In this document: positions 19,833 to 28,832 of the stretch, piece by piece
Layout: every line of letters begins with the position of its first letter
Numbering within the stretch: the first letter of the stretch is position 1
DNA from: an uncultured Gammaproteobacteria bacterium
GTDB taxonomy: Bacteria; Patescibacteriota; Patescibacteriia; Magasanikbacterales; GWA2-37-8
DNA: 64,000 nucleotides
Assembly (NCBI GenBank): GCA_964407865.1
Contig: CAYOXC010000002.1
Span: forward strand, 120,646 to 184,645
Direction: 5' to 3'
Position numbers and translations under genes: made by a program
The notes under the pieces: generated by a model
The model's input: the letters and a program-made list of their open reading frames with translations, nothing else
What the model was told of the DNA's origin: nothing
Database searches by the model: none

Positions 19833-19862
19833 AAAAAACCGGCCTATTGGCCGATTTTTTAT
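19833..19862. terminator. Bidirectional terminator between convergent asnS and the phosphoesterase gene
   Basis: A-run, cggcc tatt ggccg hairpin, T-run. Confidence 0.5.
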
Positions 19863-19881
19863 TTATCTAATATCGTTATAA

Positions 19882-20856
19882 TTAAGGTGTCAGTTCAATA
19901 ATGGCTATTTCTGGCATGGCAAAAAAACGAAGAGGCGCTCCAGATTCTCCAGCACCAACAGAGGTATAAATCGGTATTTCTTTATAAATATTTAAACCGC
20001 GGTAGTATTGATTGGGTAGTTCTATTTGGGCATTTCCCAAAGGGCCTAAGAAAGGAATCCAGACCTGACCCCCATGTGTGTGTCCGGCCAGTACTAAATC
20101 TGGTTTAGGTAAATAATCTTGGTAGTAAAGAATGCCGTCAGGATTATGGCTAATAATAATCAAGGAAGTGTTTTTGTTTAATCCTTCAATTTGAGAAAAA
20201 TTTGGCGGGTGTTTCCAGATTTCATCAATACCGAACAGGCATATTTCTTGATTTTTAATATTTAAGCATTCAAGGTTATTGCGCAGTAAAGTGATGTCTA
20301 AAGCAGCCATCCGTTTAATTAAAAGCTCCGACAGATCAGCAGTATATTTTTGCGGCATAAATCTAACTGATCCACCAATACCATATTCATGGTTGCCCAT
20401 AATATAATATGACGGGTATTTGTCAGTAATAGTTTTTAAGGGTTCTAGATAAACACTTTCGTCAATAAACGTTCCTTCATTGTCAATTTGATCTCCGCCA
20501 AATATTACCAGATCCGGATTTATAGATTCAATTTTTTTTACAATTTTTTTAGACCACCAATCTTTTTTATATCTACCGATTTGGATATCACTAACAAAAG
20601 CAATTTTAATCGGTTTTGAAATTTTTTTAGTATTTACCTGTACTGCATTAATTCGTAAACAAAAGGGTTCAATTACAGTTGAGTATAGAGCTATTAATAT
20701 GCCAGCGGCAAGAATAATAATAATTAACGCAGATATACGATGGTGTTTGCCAAAAAATAAATGAGTTTTTTTTCGGTCGCGTAAAATAAAATAGATTACC
20801 AAAGTGGCATCCAAGATGTAACCGTAAATTATTATAAGAAGAAACATAGTTTTCAA
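19882..20856 (-). CDS. Membrane-anchored metallophosphoesterase (calcineurin-like)
   Basis: GDQIDNEG, GNHEY and GHTHGGQ motifs with an N-terminal TM helix. Confidence 0.85.
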   Translation of the reverse strand: MKTMFLLIIIYGYILDATLVIYFILRDRKKTHLFFGKHHRISALIIIILAAGILIALYSTVIEPFCLRINAVQVNTKKISKPIKIAFVSDIQIGRYKKDWWSKKIVKKIESINPDLVIFGGDQIDNEGTFIDESVYLEPLKTITDKYPSYYIMGNHEYGIGGSVRFMPQKYTADLSELLIKRMAALDITLLRNNLECLNIKNQEICLFGIDEIWKHPPNFSQIEGLNKNTSLIIISHNPDGILYYQDYLPKPDLVLAGHTHGGQVWIPFLGPLGNAQIELPNQYYRGLNIYKEIPIYTSVGAGESGAPLRFFAMPEIAIIELTP

Positions 20857-20934
20857 TATTTTACACTAAAATTAAGGTTAACTCAAGGAGTAACATTGAC
20901 ATTTATGTCTTAAAATGATAACATGTCGGCAATT

Positions 20935-21019
20935 GCCGAAGTGGCGGAATTGGTAGACGCGCACGACTCAAAATCGTGTTCCTTCGGGAGTGTGGGTTCG
21001 ATTCCCACCTTCGGCACCA
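20935..21019 (+). tRNA. tRNA-Leu (anticodon CAA), CCA-encoded
   Basis: Cloverleaf with a long variable arm. Anticodon loop cuCAAaa. T-arm GGTTCGATTCC. Confidence 0.85.
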
Positions 21020-21029
21020 CGTATAAAAT

Positions 21030-21053
21030 AATGCCCGGCTTTTGCCGGGCATT
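21030..21053 (+). terminator. Hairpin aatgcccggc tttt gccgggcatt after tRNA-Leu
   Basis: Perfect 10-bp stem. Confidence 0.5.
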
Positions 21054-21123
21054 ATAGGTGGTAAAGGTGGGAAGAGAACGGGAAAGGGAGAAAACGGGAG
21101 TTTTCTCTTTGTGGAGGAGGATT

Positions 21124-21168
21124 CACGGGAACCCGAAGCCTGCCTGCCGGTAGGCAGGGTTCCCGTGA
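21124..21168. repeat. GC-rich nested hairpin (cacgggaaccc ... gggttcccgtg enclosing cctgcc...ggcagg)
   Basis: Inverted repeat read directly. It sits inside a 150-bp GC-rich block. Confidence 0.6.
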
Positions 21169-21194
21169 AAGCGAACGAAGTGAGTGCGTGAGAT

Positions 21195-21210
21195 TTCCCA
21201 CCTTCGACAC
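21195..21210 (+). repeat. Direct partial copy of the tRNA-Leu 3' end (ttcccaccttcgAcac versus ttcccaccttcgGcac)
   Basis: 15 of 16 nt identical to 21004-21019. Confidence 0.7.
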
Positions 21211-21344
21211 AAATTTACTGTTGTAATTCACAAGTCAGCCCAGAACCTCGCTCCTGGCTAAAAATAGCTAAAAAAAGCAAAAAACATGGTTTGTTTACCT
21301 TGTTTTTTATTTTTTTTATGCTATAATAATAGCAACTTGTATTT

Positions 21345-22109
21345 ATGCCTCCGGTAATTTCGATAGTCAATCAAAAAGGCGGGGTGGGAAAGACCACCAC
21401 TGCTGTAAATTTAGCTGCCGGGCTTTCTGAAACCGGCAAGTTTGTTTTATTAGTTGACTTAGACCCGCAGGGCAATGCTACTTCTGGTTTAGGTATTCGT
21501 CCGGAAGAATTAGATAGCGGGTTGTATCACGCTATAGTCGGCCAATCTCGGGTGCATGACATCATTAAAAATACAGGACACTCCGGACTTCGGGTTGTGC
21601 CAGCAACCGCTGATTTGGCTGGAGCAAATGTCGAGTTAGTAAACATGGAAGGGCGAGAGTCAAAGCTAGCCGATGTCTTGTCTGAGGCAAAACATGCATA
21701 TGATTATATTATTATTGATTGCCCACCATCGCTTGGTATTTTAACATTAAATGGCCTGGTTGCTGCTGACCATGTTCTTATTCCAGTTCAAGCAGAATAT
21801 TATGCCTTAGAGGGGTTGGGGCAGCTACTTAAAACCATTGATTTAGTAAGAGAAAACATTCGACCAGATTTGAACATTCTTGGAGCAGTATTAACAATGT
21901 ACGATTCGCGCAATCGTCTATCCGAGGAAGTATTTCAGGAATTATATAGGTTTTTTCCAAATAATATTTTTCGTTCTGTCGTGCCCCGAACGGTCAGATT
22001 AGCAGAAGCTCCAAGTTTTGGTAAAAGTATTTTTCATTATGACCCAAGCGGTAAAGGAGCAAAAGCATATGAGCGATTATCTAGAGAAGTATTAGATAGA
22101 TTTGAATAA
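21345..22109 (+). CDS. parA: Chromosome partitioning ATPase ParA/Soj
   Basis: KGGVGKTTTAVNLA deviant Walker A. Confidence 0.93.
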   Translation: MPPVISIVNQKGGVGKTTTAVNLAAGLSETGKFVLLVDLDPQGNATSGLGIRPEELDSGLYHAIVGQSRVHDIIKNTGHSGLRVVPATADLAGANVELVNMEGRESKLADVLSEAKHAYDYIIIDCPPSLGILTLNGLVAADHVLIPVQAEYYALEGLGQLLKTIDLVRENIRPDLNILGAVLTMYDSRNRLSEEVFQELYRFFPNNIFRSVVPRTVRLAEAPSFGKSIFHYDPSGKGAKAYERLSREVLDRFE

Positions 22110-22140
22110 TATTGATAAATTTTTTTAACGTTGAATAACT

Positions 22141-23007
22141 ATGTCACTTGGACGTGGATTAGGTGCCTTAATTACCTCGACTTCCAAAGAAAGGCAGAAA
22201 AAAGAATATTCGACAGGCCAAAAAAGCCAGTTGCGTGCACCCGAAAAAATTTGGGTTATTCCTCTTTCAGAAATTGCACCGCAGAAGGATCAGCCGCGTC
22301 GTTATTTTGATCCAGAAGCATTGCAGGATTTGGCTAGCTCAATTAAAGAACACGGTGTTTTGCAGCCACTTCTTTTGCATGAAAAACGCGATGGAGGTTA
22401 TGAGATTATTGCTGGAGAGCGCAGATGGCGCGCTGCTAAGTTGGCTGGGCTTACAAATATTCCCGCAATTGTTAAGCAGTTAAGCGATCAAGGTAGATTA
22501 GAGGTTTCTTTGATTGAGAATATTCAACGAGCTGATTTGAATCCGATTGAAGAAGCTTTTGCTTATAAACGCTTAATGGAAGAGTTTAGCTTAACTCAAG
22601 AAAAAGTGGCTGAAAAGGTTGGTAAGAGCCGTTCTGTTATCGCCAATACTGTTCGACTGTTGGAGCTTCCAGATGAAATACAGCGTGCATTAATAGAAAA
22701 AAGAATTAATTCTGGACAGGCACGTGCTTTGCTTTCTTTAAAAAATGAAAAAGAGCAGCTTGAAGCACTTTCGTCCATGCTTGGTACAAAAATTAGCGTT
22801 CGTGATTTAGAAAATAAAGTTCGTAAGATTAAGTCTAGTGGAGTGATTAGGCGCGATCCGAATTTGTCTTATGCTGAGGAAAAAATTCGTGTTGCCCTCG
22901 GTACAAAAGTTAATATTACACAGAAAGGGGACAAGGGTGTGATAAATATTGCCTATTTTTCCAAGGAAGAATTAGCCAGATTAGTTAGAAGGATAATTGG
23001 CGAGTAG
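22141..23007 (+). CDS. parB: Chromosome partitioning protein ParB/Spo0J
   Basis: GERRWRAA ParB box followed by a helix-turn-helix. Confidence 0.92.
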   Translation: MSLGRGLGALITSTSKERQKKEYSTGQKSQLRAPEKIWVIPLSEIAPQKDQPRRYFDPEALQDLASSIKEHGVLQPLLLHEKRDGGYEIIAGERRWRAAKLAGLTNIPAIVKQLSDQGRLEVSLIENIQRADLNPIEEAFAYKRLMEEFSLTQEKVAEKVGKSRSVIANTVRLLELPDEIQRALIEKRINSGQARALLSLKNEKEQLEALSSMLGTKISVRDLENKVRKIKSSGVIRRDPNLSYAEEKIRVALGTKVNITQKGDKGVINIAYFSKEELARLVRRIIGE

Positions 23008-23014
23008 CTGAAAA

Positions 23015-23058
23015 ATAAAAAAAGCGTCTTGTGAATTATGCAGGCGCTTTTTTATTTT
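23015..23058. terminator. Bidirectional terminator between parB and the convergent rel gene
   Basis: aaaaaagcgtc...ggcgctttttt. Confidence 0.55.
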
Positions 23059-24608
23059 TTTAATTTATGTCGAGTAGATTCTTTTTTTGCCGCTGATAGT
23101 GGAATTATTGATTTGAGCCAATTTTTTTTGTCTGTATTAAGACTTTGTTTAATGCGTTGACGAGCGCTGTTTGTTTTAACAAAGTTTAACCAATCTCTAC
23201 CCGGTCCCTTGCGTTTTTTGTCTGTAATAATCTCTACAACATCTCCGCTTTTTAGGGGTGTATCAAGAGAAACAATTTGTTCGTTAACTATAGAGCCATT
23301 GCATTTATTACCTACTTCAGTGTGTATGTTATAAGCAAAATCCACAGGGGTGGCATCTTCTGGCAAGTCAATCACATCTCCCTTGGGTGTAAAGACAAAA
23401 ATACGATTATGAAAGAAATCAATTTTTAATGCGTCAAGGTCGGATAAGTTGGTTAAAACCTCTTTTTGTATTCTGGCCAGTTCTTTAGCCCATGAAATAT
23501 CTTTGGCCGGAGGTCGATAGCCGCTTTTGCGTTCGTCATAATGCCAGTGTGAGGCGATGCCAAATTCAGCTTCTTCGTGCATTTGTTCTGATCGTATTTG
23601 GAATTCAACGATTCTTCCGTCTTCGCAAAAAACTGTAGTGTGCAGTGATTTGTATCCGTTTGGTTTTGGTTGAGAAATATAATCTTTTATTCTTCCTTTA
23701 AGCGGCCGCCATAATTTATGAATTATGCCAAGTGCAGCATAACAGTCGCTAATATCATTAACAATAATTCTAATCGCCACCACATCGTGAACTTGACCAA
23801 CATCCCAATTTTTTTGTTTTAGTTTTGTATAAAGACTATATAGTTTTTTCGTTCGTCCGTGAATGTCAATAATTTTTATGTTATTTGCCTTAATTTCTTT
23901 TTTTGCTGTTGCTATGATGTGTTCTAGATAGGATTGACCTTCGGCAATAAAGTTTTCTCTAATATTTTTAACTCTTTCATAATCCTTTGGGTAGATATAT
24001 TTGAAGGATAAATCTTCAAGAAACCCTTTAAATTCGCCCATGCAAAGCCGGTTGGCAATTGGCGCAAATATTTCCAGGCTTTCCAAGGCTATCCGATGCT
24101 GCTTGTTAGGTGGCATAACATCAAGCGTCTGCAGGTTGTGAATACGATCAGCAAATTTTATTATCATAACGCGAATATCTTCGGCCATGGCAATAAAAGT
24201 TTTTCTGAGATTTTCAATATATCGTTCTACGCCTCGGTATTTCAAACGTCCAAGTTTGGTAATGCCTTTAACCATATTAGCTACATCAGTGCCAAAATTT
24301 TCTTCAATTTCCGCTATGGATACGCTAGTATCCTCGGGCACATCATGAAGCAGGGCAGCTATGATAATATTTACATCAATCCTCATAAGGGCGAGAATAT
24401 AGGCGGTACTCAAAGGATGATTAATATATGGTTCACCGTTTACCCGGGTTTGGTCGTGATGCGCTTTTTCGGCAAAATCATATGCCAACTGCGCCAGATC
24501 AATATCTCCTGGGTTGCAGTATTTTTTTAGTTCTTTCGCCAGCACTTCAATTGTCACCTGTTTAGGTAAGGCAATCTTAATTTCCATAATTTTAGCGATA
24601 ATAAGCAT
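23052..24608 (-). CDS. relA: Bifunctional (p)ppGpp synthetase/hydrolase of the Rel/SpoT family. Short form with HD, synthetase and TGS domains and no ACT domain.
   Basis: HDVPEDT HD motif, RelA_SpoT synthetase core and a TGS domain. 518 aa. Confidence 0.88.
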   Translation of the reverse strand: MLIIAKIMEIKIALPKQVTIEVLAKELKKYCNPGDIDLAQLAYDFAEKAHHDQTRVNGEPYINHPLSTAYILALMRIDVNIIIAALLHDVPEDTSVSIAEIEENFGTDVANMVKGITKLGRLKYRGVERYIENLRKTFIAMAEDIRVMIIKFADRIHNLQTLDVMPPNKQHRIALESLEIFAPIANRLCMGEFKGFLEDLSFKYIYPKDYERVKNIRENFIAEGQSYLEHIIATAKKEIKANNIKIIDIHGRTKKLYSLYTKLKQKNWDVGQVHDVVAIRIIVNDISDCYAALGIIHKLWRPLKGRIKDYISQPKPNGYKSLHTTVFCEDGRIVEFQIRSEQMHEEAEFGIASHWHYDERKSGYRPPAKDISWAKELARIQKEVLTNLSDLDALKIDFFHNRIFVFTPKGDVIDLPEDATPVDFAYNIHTEVGNKCNGSIVNEQIVSLDTPLKSGDVVEIITDKKRKGPGRDWLNFVKTNSARQRIKQSLNTDKKNWLKSIIPLSAAKKESTRHKLKK

Positions 24609-24649
24609 TTTTTTGAGCGACTATCTTATTGTATCCTGATGGTAAGGGC

Positions 24650-24678
24650 TTGACAAGGGGAGGAATTTATGCTATATT
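24650..24678 (+). promoter_or_regulatory. Near-consensus sigma70 promoter (TTGACA-N17-TATATT) on the plus strand. A divergent TTGTCA-N17-TACAAT promoter for rel overlaps it on the minus strand.
   Basis: Hexamers read directly. The core cttgacaag is palindromic. Confidence 0.5.
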
Positions 24679-24686
24679 AAGCGCAC

Positions 24687-24833
24687 GATGCTAAGGCCTT
24701 AGTGCCACAGACCCCTCCCCATTTTTTGGTGAGGGGTGCTGTTTTTTAATAACAAAAAGAGGACATAGATTATTGCTTTTAATAATATTTCGTGATAAAT
24801 TACTGACGCGGGGAGCGATTGGCCCTTAGCATC
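24687..24833 (+). ncRNA. Candidate structured ncRNA (6S-like?) between rel and topA
   Basis: The plus-strand promoter lies at 24650-24678. 5' gatgctaaggcc (24687-24698) is complementary to ggcccttagcatc (24821-24833). An internal hairpin+T-run lies at 24711-24748 and a terminal hairpin+T-run at 24871-24904. No ORF is present. Confidence 0.25.
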
Positions 24834-24870
24834 ACCTTAGGCATTAAGGTTCGCCCTTCGCCCCCGCAAT

Positions 24871-24904
24871 AAAAATCACCCCGATTAAGGGGTGATTTTT
24901 ATTT
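24871..24904. terminator. Bidirectional terminator (atcacccc gattaa ggggtgat flanked by A- and T-runs). It serves as the topA terminator on the minus strand.
   Basis: 8-bp perfect stem. Confidence 0.6.
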
Positions 24905-27142
24905 CTGTTTTTTTGTTTTTGTTGTTTTAGGCCGTGAAGCGCACTCTTTGTTGCTGCACATAACCGAACCTTTATTATTCTCTACCATTGATTCTTTGCA
25001 AATAGGGCACATCTCTCCGGTTGGTTTATCCCAAAGGGCAAAATCGCATTTAGGATAGCTACTACAACCATAAAAAATTTTACCGCGGCGAGTTTTTCGT
25101 TGAATAATGTCACCATCAGTACATTTAGGGCATTTTAAATTAAGTTTAATTTCTATACTTTTTATATTTTTACACTCCGGGTAGCCGCTACAGCTGATAA
25201 AAGGTCCATAACGACCAACTTTTTTAACCATAGGCGAACCGCATTTTTCACAAACATCATTTGAAGTTTCTTCAGAGACTGAAGCAAAAATTTCCTTTTC
25301 TTCTGTAGCAAGGGGTTTAGTGTTTTTACATTTTGGATATGCTGAGCAGGCTATAAAACGTCCAAACCTACCCATGCGAATAATCATTTCTGCGCCACAT
25401 TTTTCGCAGAGTTCATCAGTTTTTTCTTCAGTCAATTCTTTTTTAGACAATTCTTTATCTTTTTGATTGAGATTTTCAATAAATGGTTCATAAAAAGCGG
25501 CAATAACCGGTTGCCATTTTTTTTCACCTTGAGCAACAGCGTCCAGATCTTCTTCCATGCCGGCAGTAAATTTATAATCAACAATGTTCGGAAAGTGCTC
25601 AACTAAAAGGTCGTTGACTAAATAAGCAATTTCCTTAGGGAATAATTTCTTTTTTTCATCTCTTTCAACATAACCACGATCCTCAATAGTGGCGATGGTT
25701 GGTGCGTAGGTTGAAGGACGGCCAATGCCGTGTTCTTCAAGTACTTTAACTAATGTAGCGTCAGAGTATCTTCCAGGCGGTTCGGTAAAATGTTGTTCCG
25801 GTTTGATTTGTTCACAAATTATTGTTTCGCCATTTGTTACTTTTGGCAGAATATTTTCCTTAGTTTTTTCTGGATAAAGAATTAAAAATCCTTCAAATAC
25901 AATATTTTGTCCATTAGACCGAAATAGATAGTCGTTATTTGAACTAATATCAATTGAAGCATTATTGACTTTGGCTGCTGCCATTTGTGAAGCCAGAGCT
26001 CTTCGCCAAATTAAATCATAAAGTTTGTATTGATTTCTATCAAGAAAATCCTTTATTGATTCTGGATCGCGGTTGGCTTCTGTTGGGCGAATTGCTTCAT
26101 GGGCTTCTTGAGCTGTTTTACTTTTCGTTTTAAAAAGACGAGGTGAATCAATGGTGTATTTTTTGCCAAACTTATTAGAAACAGCATCTTTCGCGTCGGT
26201 AAGAAATTTTTCAGATAAATTTGTTGAATCGGTACGCATGTAAGTAATCAAACCAACCGACCCTTCAGCTCCGAGCTCAACACCTTCATAGAGTTGTTGG
26301 GCAATGCGCATGGTTTGTTTAGCCGAAAAACCGAGACGATGATTTGCTTCTTGTTGCAAAGTTGAAGTTATAAATGGAGGAGCAGGTAGCCGGTTAGTTA
26401 GCTTTTCTTCAGTATTAGAAACAGAATATGATGCATTATTTAAAGCAGAAAGAATTTTATCAACTTCAGCTTTTTTGCCTAAACTCATTTTTTCTAGTTT
26501 ACCCTCAGGAGTATTTATCAGTTTAGCCGGAAAAGTATCAATATTTTTTTTGTTAAAAAGTCCTTCAATTGACCAGTATTCCTCTGGTACAAAACTGTTA
26601 ATCTCTCTTTCTCTTTCAACAACTAAGCGCACAGCCACCGATTGAACACGACCAGCTGATAAGCCCTTAGCCACTTTACGCCACAGAAAAGGAGAAAGTT
26701 TATAACCGACTAAACGATCTAAAATACGTCGAGCCTGTTGAGCGTCTATTAACTTAATATCCAAACTGCGTGGATTTTTAATCGCTTTTTGAATTGCGTC
26801 TTTGGTAATTTCGTGAAAAGTGATGCGTTTAAGTTTTTTTGGATCAACCTTGAGAACAGTAGCCAAATGCCAAGAAATAGCCTCGCCTTCACGGTCTTCA
26901 TCAGTTGCAAAAAGGACTTGATCGCATTTAGCCATTTTTTCTCGAAGTTCTTTAACAATCTTCATTTTATCGCGAGAAACAGAATATTTTGGTTCAAAGT
27001 TGTTTTCAACATCAATACCGAGTTCGCGCTTCGGCAGATCCCGGATGTGGCCAAAAGAAGACTTCACGGTATAATCCTTGCTTAAGAATTTTGAGATAGT
27101 TTTAGCTTTGGCCGGCGACTCGACAATTACTAGTGTTTTCAT
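24899..27142 (-). CDS. topA: DNA topoisomerase I with C-terminal zinc ribbons
   Basis: A Toprim domain is followed by a Tyr active-site region and three CxxC...CxxC ribbons. 747 aa. Confidence 0.95.
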   Translation of the reverse strand: MKTLVIVESPAKAKTISKFLSKDYTVKSSFGHIRDLPKRELGIDVENNFEPKYSVSRDKMKIVKELREKMAKCDQVLFATDEDREGEAISWHLATVLKVDPKKLKRITFHEITKDAIQKAIKNPRSLDIKLIDAQQARRILDRLVGYKLSPFLWRKVAKGLSAGRVQSVAVRLVVEREREINSFVPEEYWSIEGLFNKKNIDTFPAKLINTPEGKLEKMSLGKKAEVDKILSALNNASYSVSNTEEKLTNRLPAPPFITSTLQQEANHRLGFSAKQTMRIAQQLYEGVELGAEGSVGLITYMRTDSTNLSEKFLTDAKDAVSNKFGKKYTIDSPRLFKTKSKTAQEAHEAIRPTEANRDPESIKDFLDRNQYKLYDLIWRRALASQMAAAKVNNASIDISSNNDYLFRSNGQNIVFEGFLILYPEKTKENILPKVTNGETIICEQIKPEQHFTEPPGRYSDATLVKVLEEHGIGRPSTYAPTIATIEDRGYVERDEKKKLFPKEIAYLVNDLLVEHFPNIVDYKFTAGMEEDLDAVAQGEKKWQPVIAAFYEPFIENLNQKDKELSKKELTEEKTDELCEKCGAEMIIRMGRFGRFIACSAYPKCKNTKPLATEEKEIFASVSEETSNDVCEKCGSPMVKKVGRYGPFISCSGYPECKNIKSIEIKLNLKCPKCTDGDIIQRKTRRGKIFYGCSSYPKCDFALWDKPTGEMCPICKESMVENNKGSVMCSNKECASRPKTTKTKKQK

Positions 27143-27202
27143 ATATTTTTTTAACGCGTCGTATTATAGGCAGAAAATATTAAAGTGTCAATATATTGTA
27201 TA

Positions 27203-28309
27203 TTAGTATACTTTAATATATCTTGCTCCGCCAATATTTTTTATCTGATTCTTTATTTCTAACATAGCTGCGGCAGAGGCTACTTCTGAGCTGTTTAGTT
27301 TAGTTAGTTGTATAATTGTGTCAATATGCTTAGGCTCATTATCCAATGTTAATATAATTTTTTGTTCCATTTGCGATAAGTTATTTTCGGATTTCAATTC
27401 TTTTTGTTTTAATACTAAAATCCCTAGTGTTTCTAATATTTCTTCTGGTTCAGTAATGGCCTGCGCTCCTTTTTTAATTAACATATTACAGCCCTTACCC
27501 ATAGGAGCATTTATTTGGTGAGGTACGGCCATTACTTCACGATTATAATCTAAAGCACAGTTGGCGGTGATTAACGCTCCTGAAGATGAGGGCGCCTCAA
27601 CTACCAAGGTGCCTTTTGATAAGCCGGCAATGATCCTGTTGCGTGCAGGAAATGTATAAGTGTCCGGTGGGTAATTTGGTGGATATTCAGAAATTATTGC
27701 ACCACCTGAAGCAATAATTTTTTCGGATAAATTTTGATTAGAATGTGGAGCAACGGTATTTTTATCAATACCACCGCCAAGAACGGCAATAGTTATGCCT
27801 CCAGCCTTCAATGTGGTTTCGTGCGCTACAGCATCGAGACCTAGCGCCAGTCCGCTAACAATAACCACATTATTTTGAACCAAAGGATTAACTAATTTTT
27901 CACAGGCTAGTCTGCCATAAGCAGTGAGACGTCTAGTACCGACCACGCTTAAATGCACGAAATTTCTTTCAGCCAATTTTCCCCGAACAAAAAGAACTTG
28001 CGGGGGGTCAGTAATTTGTTCTAGAAGGCTTGGGTAATTCTCATCGCCTAGGACTACTGTCCAAATTTGATCGCGACTAAGTTTTTCCGCTATTTTATCA
28101 GGAGGATTATTTGTGCGCCATTTTATAAAAGTTGATATTACTTCTTCGTTCATGCCTGCATTTATCAGCTCTTTATAACTGGCTTTTAGCACCTGGTCTA
28201 GGCTGAAAAAATAAGCCGCCAGCTGATTTAACCGGCGGTTATTAATTTTTGCACAGCAAGCAAAGTAAGCAAGTGGATTCATGTTAGAAAAATCATGAAT
28301 AAACTTCAA
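27203..28309 (-). CDS. dprA: DNA processing protein DprA/Smf
   Basis: VVGTRRLTAYG...IVSGLALGLDAVAHE. Confidence 0.88.
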   Translation of the reverse strand: MKFIHDFSNMNPLAYFACCAKINNRRLNQLAAYFFSLDQVLKASYKELINAGMNEEVISTFIKWRTNNPPDKIAEKLSRDQIWTVVLGDENYPSLLEQITDPPQVLFVRGKLAERNFVHLSVVGTRRLTAYGRLACEKLVNPLVQNNVVIVSGLALGLDAVAHETTLKAGGITIAVLGGGIDKNTVAPHSNQNLSEKIIASGGAIISEYPPNYPPDTYTFPARNRIIAGLSKGTLVVEAPSSSGALITANCALDYNREVMAVPHQINAPMGKGCNMLIKKGAQAITEPEEILETLGILVLKQKELKSENNLSQMEQKIILTLDNEPKHIDTIIQLTKLNSSEVASAAAMLEIKNQIKNIGGARYIKVY

Positions 28310-28820
28310 TTAATTTATCTATTGCTTGATCGACAACCTGATCTATAATTACAGCTTCAGATTTAGTAAAACGTTTAAGAACAAAATCAGCCGTATCTCT
28401 AATATCCCTGATTGGCTTTATTCCAATTCTTAGGCGTGTAAAATTTTTGGTTTTTAGGCCATTAACAATTGACTCCACCCCTTTGTGACCGGCAGCACCG
28501 CGATTTTCTTGGAGCCGATACTGGCCGATTGGTATGTCTTTATCGTCATGAATAACGACAATTTCTGATTTGTTAATTTTGTAATATTTAACTGCCAAAC
28601 AGACAGCTTCTCCGGATTTATTCATGAATGTTAATGGTTTGACAATGATAAATTTTTTGCCATTTATCTTTATATCGGCAATATCAGCGTTTATTTTTTT
28701 ATTAATTGAGAAAATTGCATCAAATTTTTTTGTCAGCCTATCAGCAAAAATAAACCCTGTATTGTGTCGAGTGCCTATATATTCTTTATCCGGATTGCCT
28801 AATCCGACTAATAATTTCAT
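28293..28820 (-). CDS. pth: Peptidyl-tRNA hydrolase
   Basis: LLVGLGNPDKEY...TRHNTGF. Confidence 0.92.
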   Translation of the reverse strand: MKLLVGLGNPDKEYIGTRHNTGFIFADRLTKKFDAIFSINKKINADIADIKINGKKFIIVKPLTFMNKSGEAVCLAVKYYKINKSEIVVIHDDKDIPIGQYRLQENRGAAGHKGVESIVNGLKTKNFTRLRIGIKPIRDIRDTADFVLKRFTKSEAVIIDQVVDQAIDKLIEVYS

Positions 28821-28832
28821 ATTATTTGCTGA

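Noticed and set aside
21124-21168. Possible parS site upstream of parAB (cccgtgaaa / ttcacggg half-sites)
   Set aside because: The halves resemble parS (tGTTTCACGTGAAACa) only partially and are separated by ~24 nt rather than forming a contiguous 16-bp palindrome. A GC-rich hairpin is the more likely reading.
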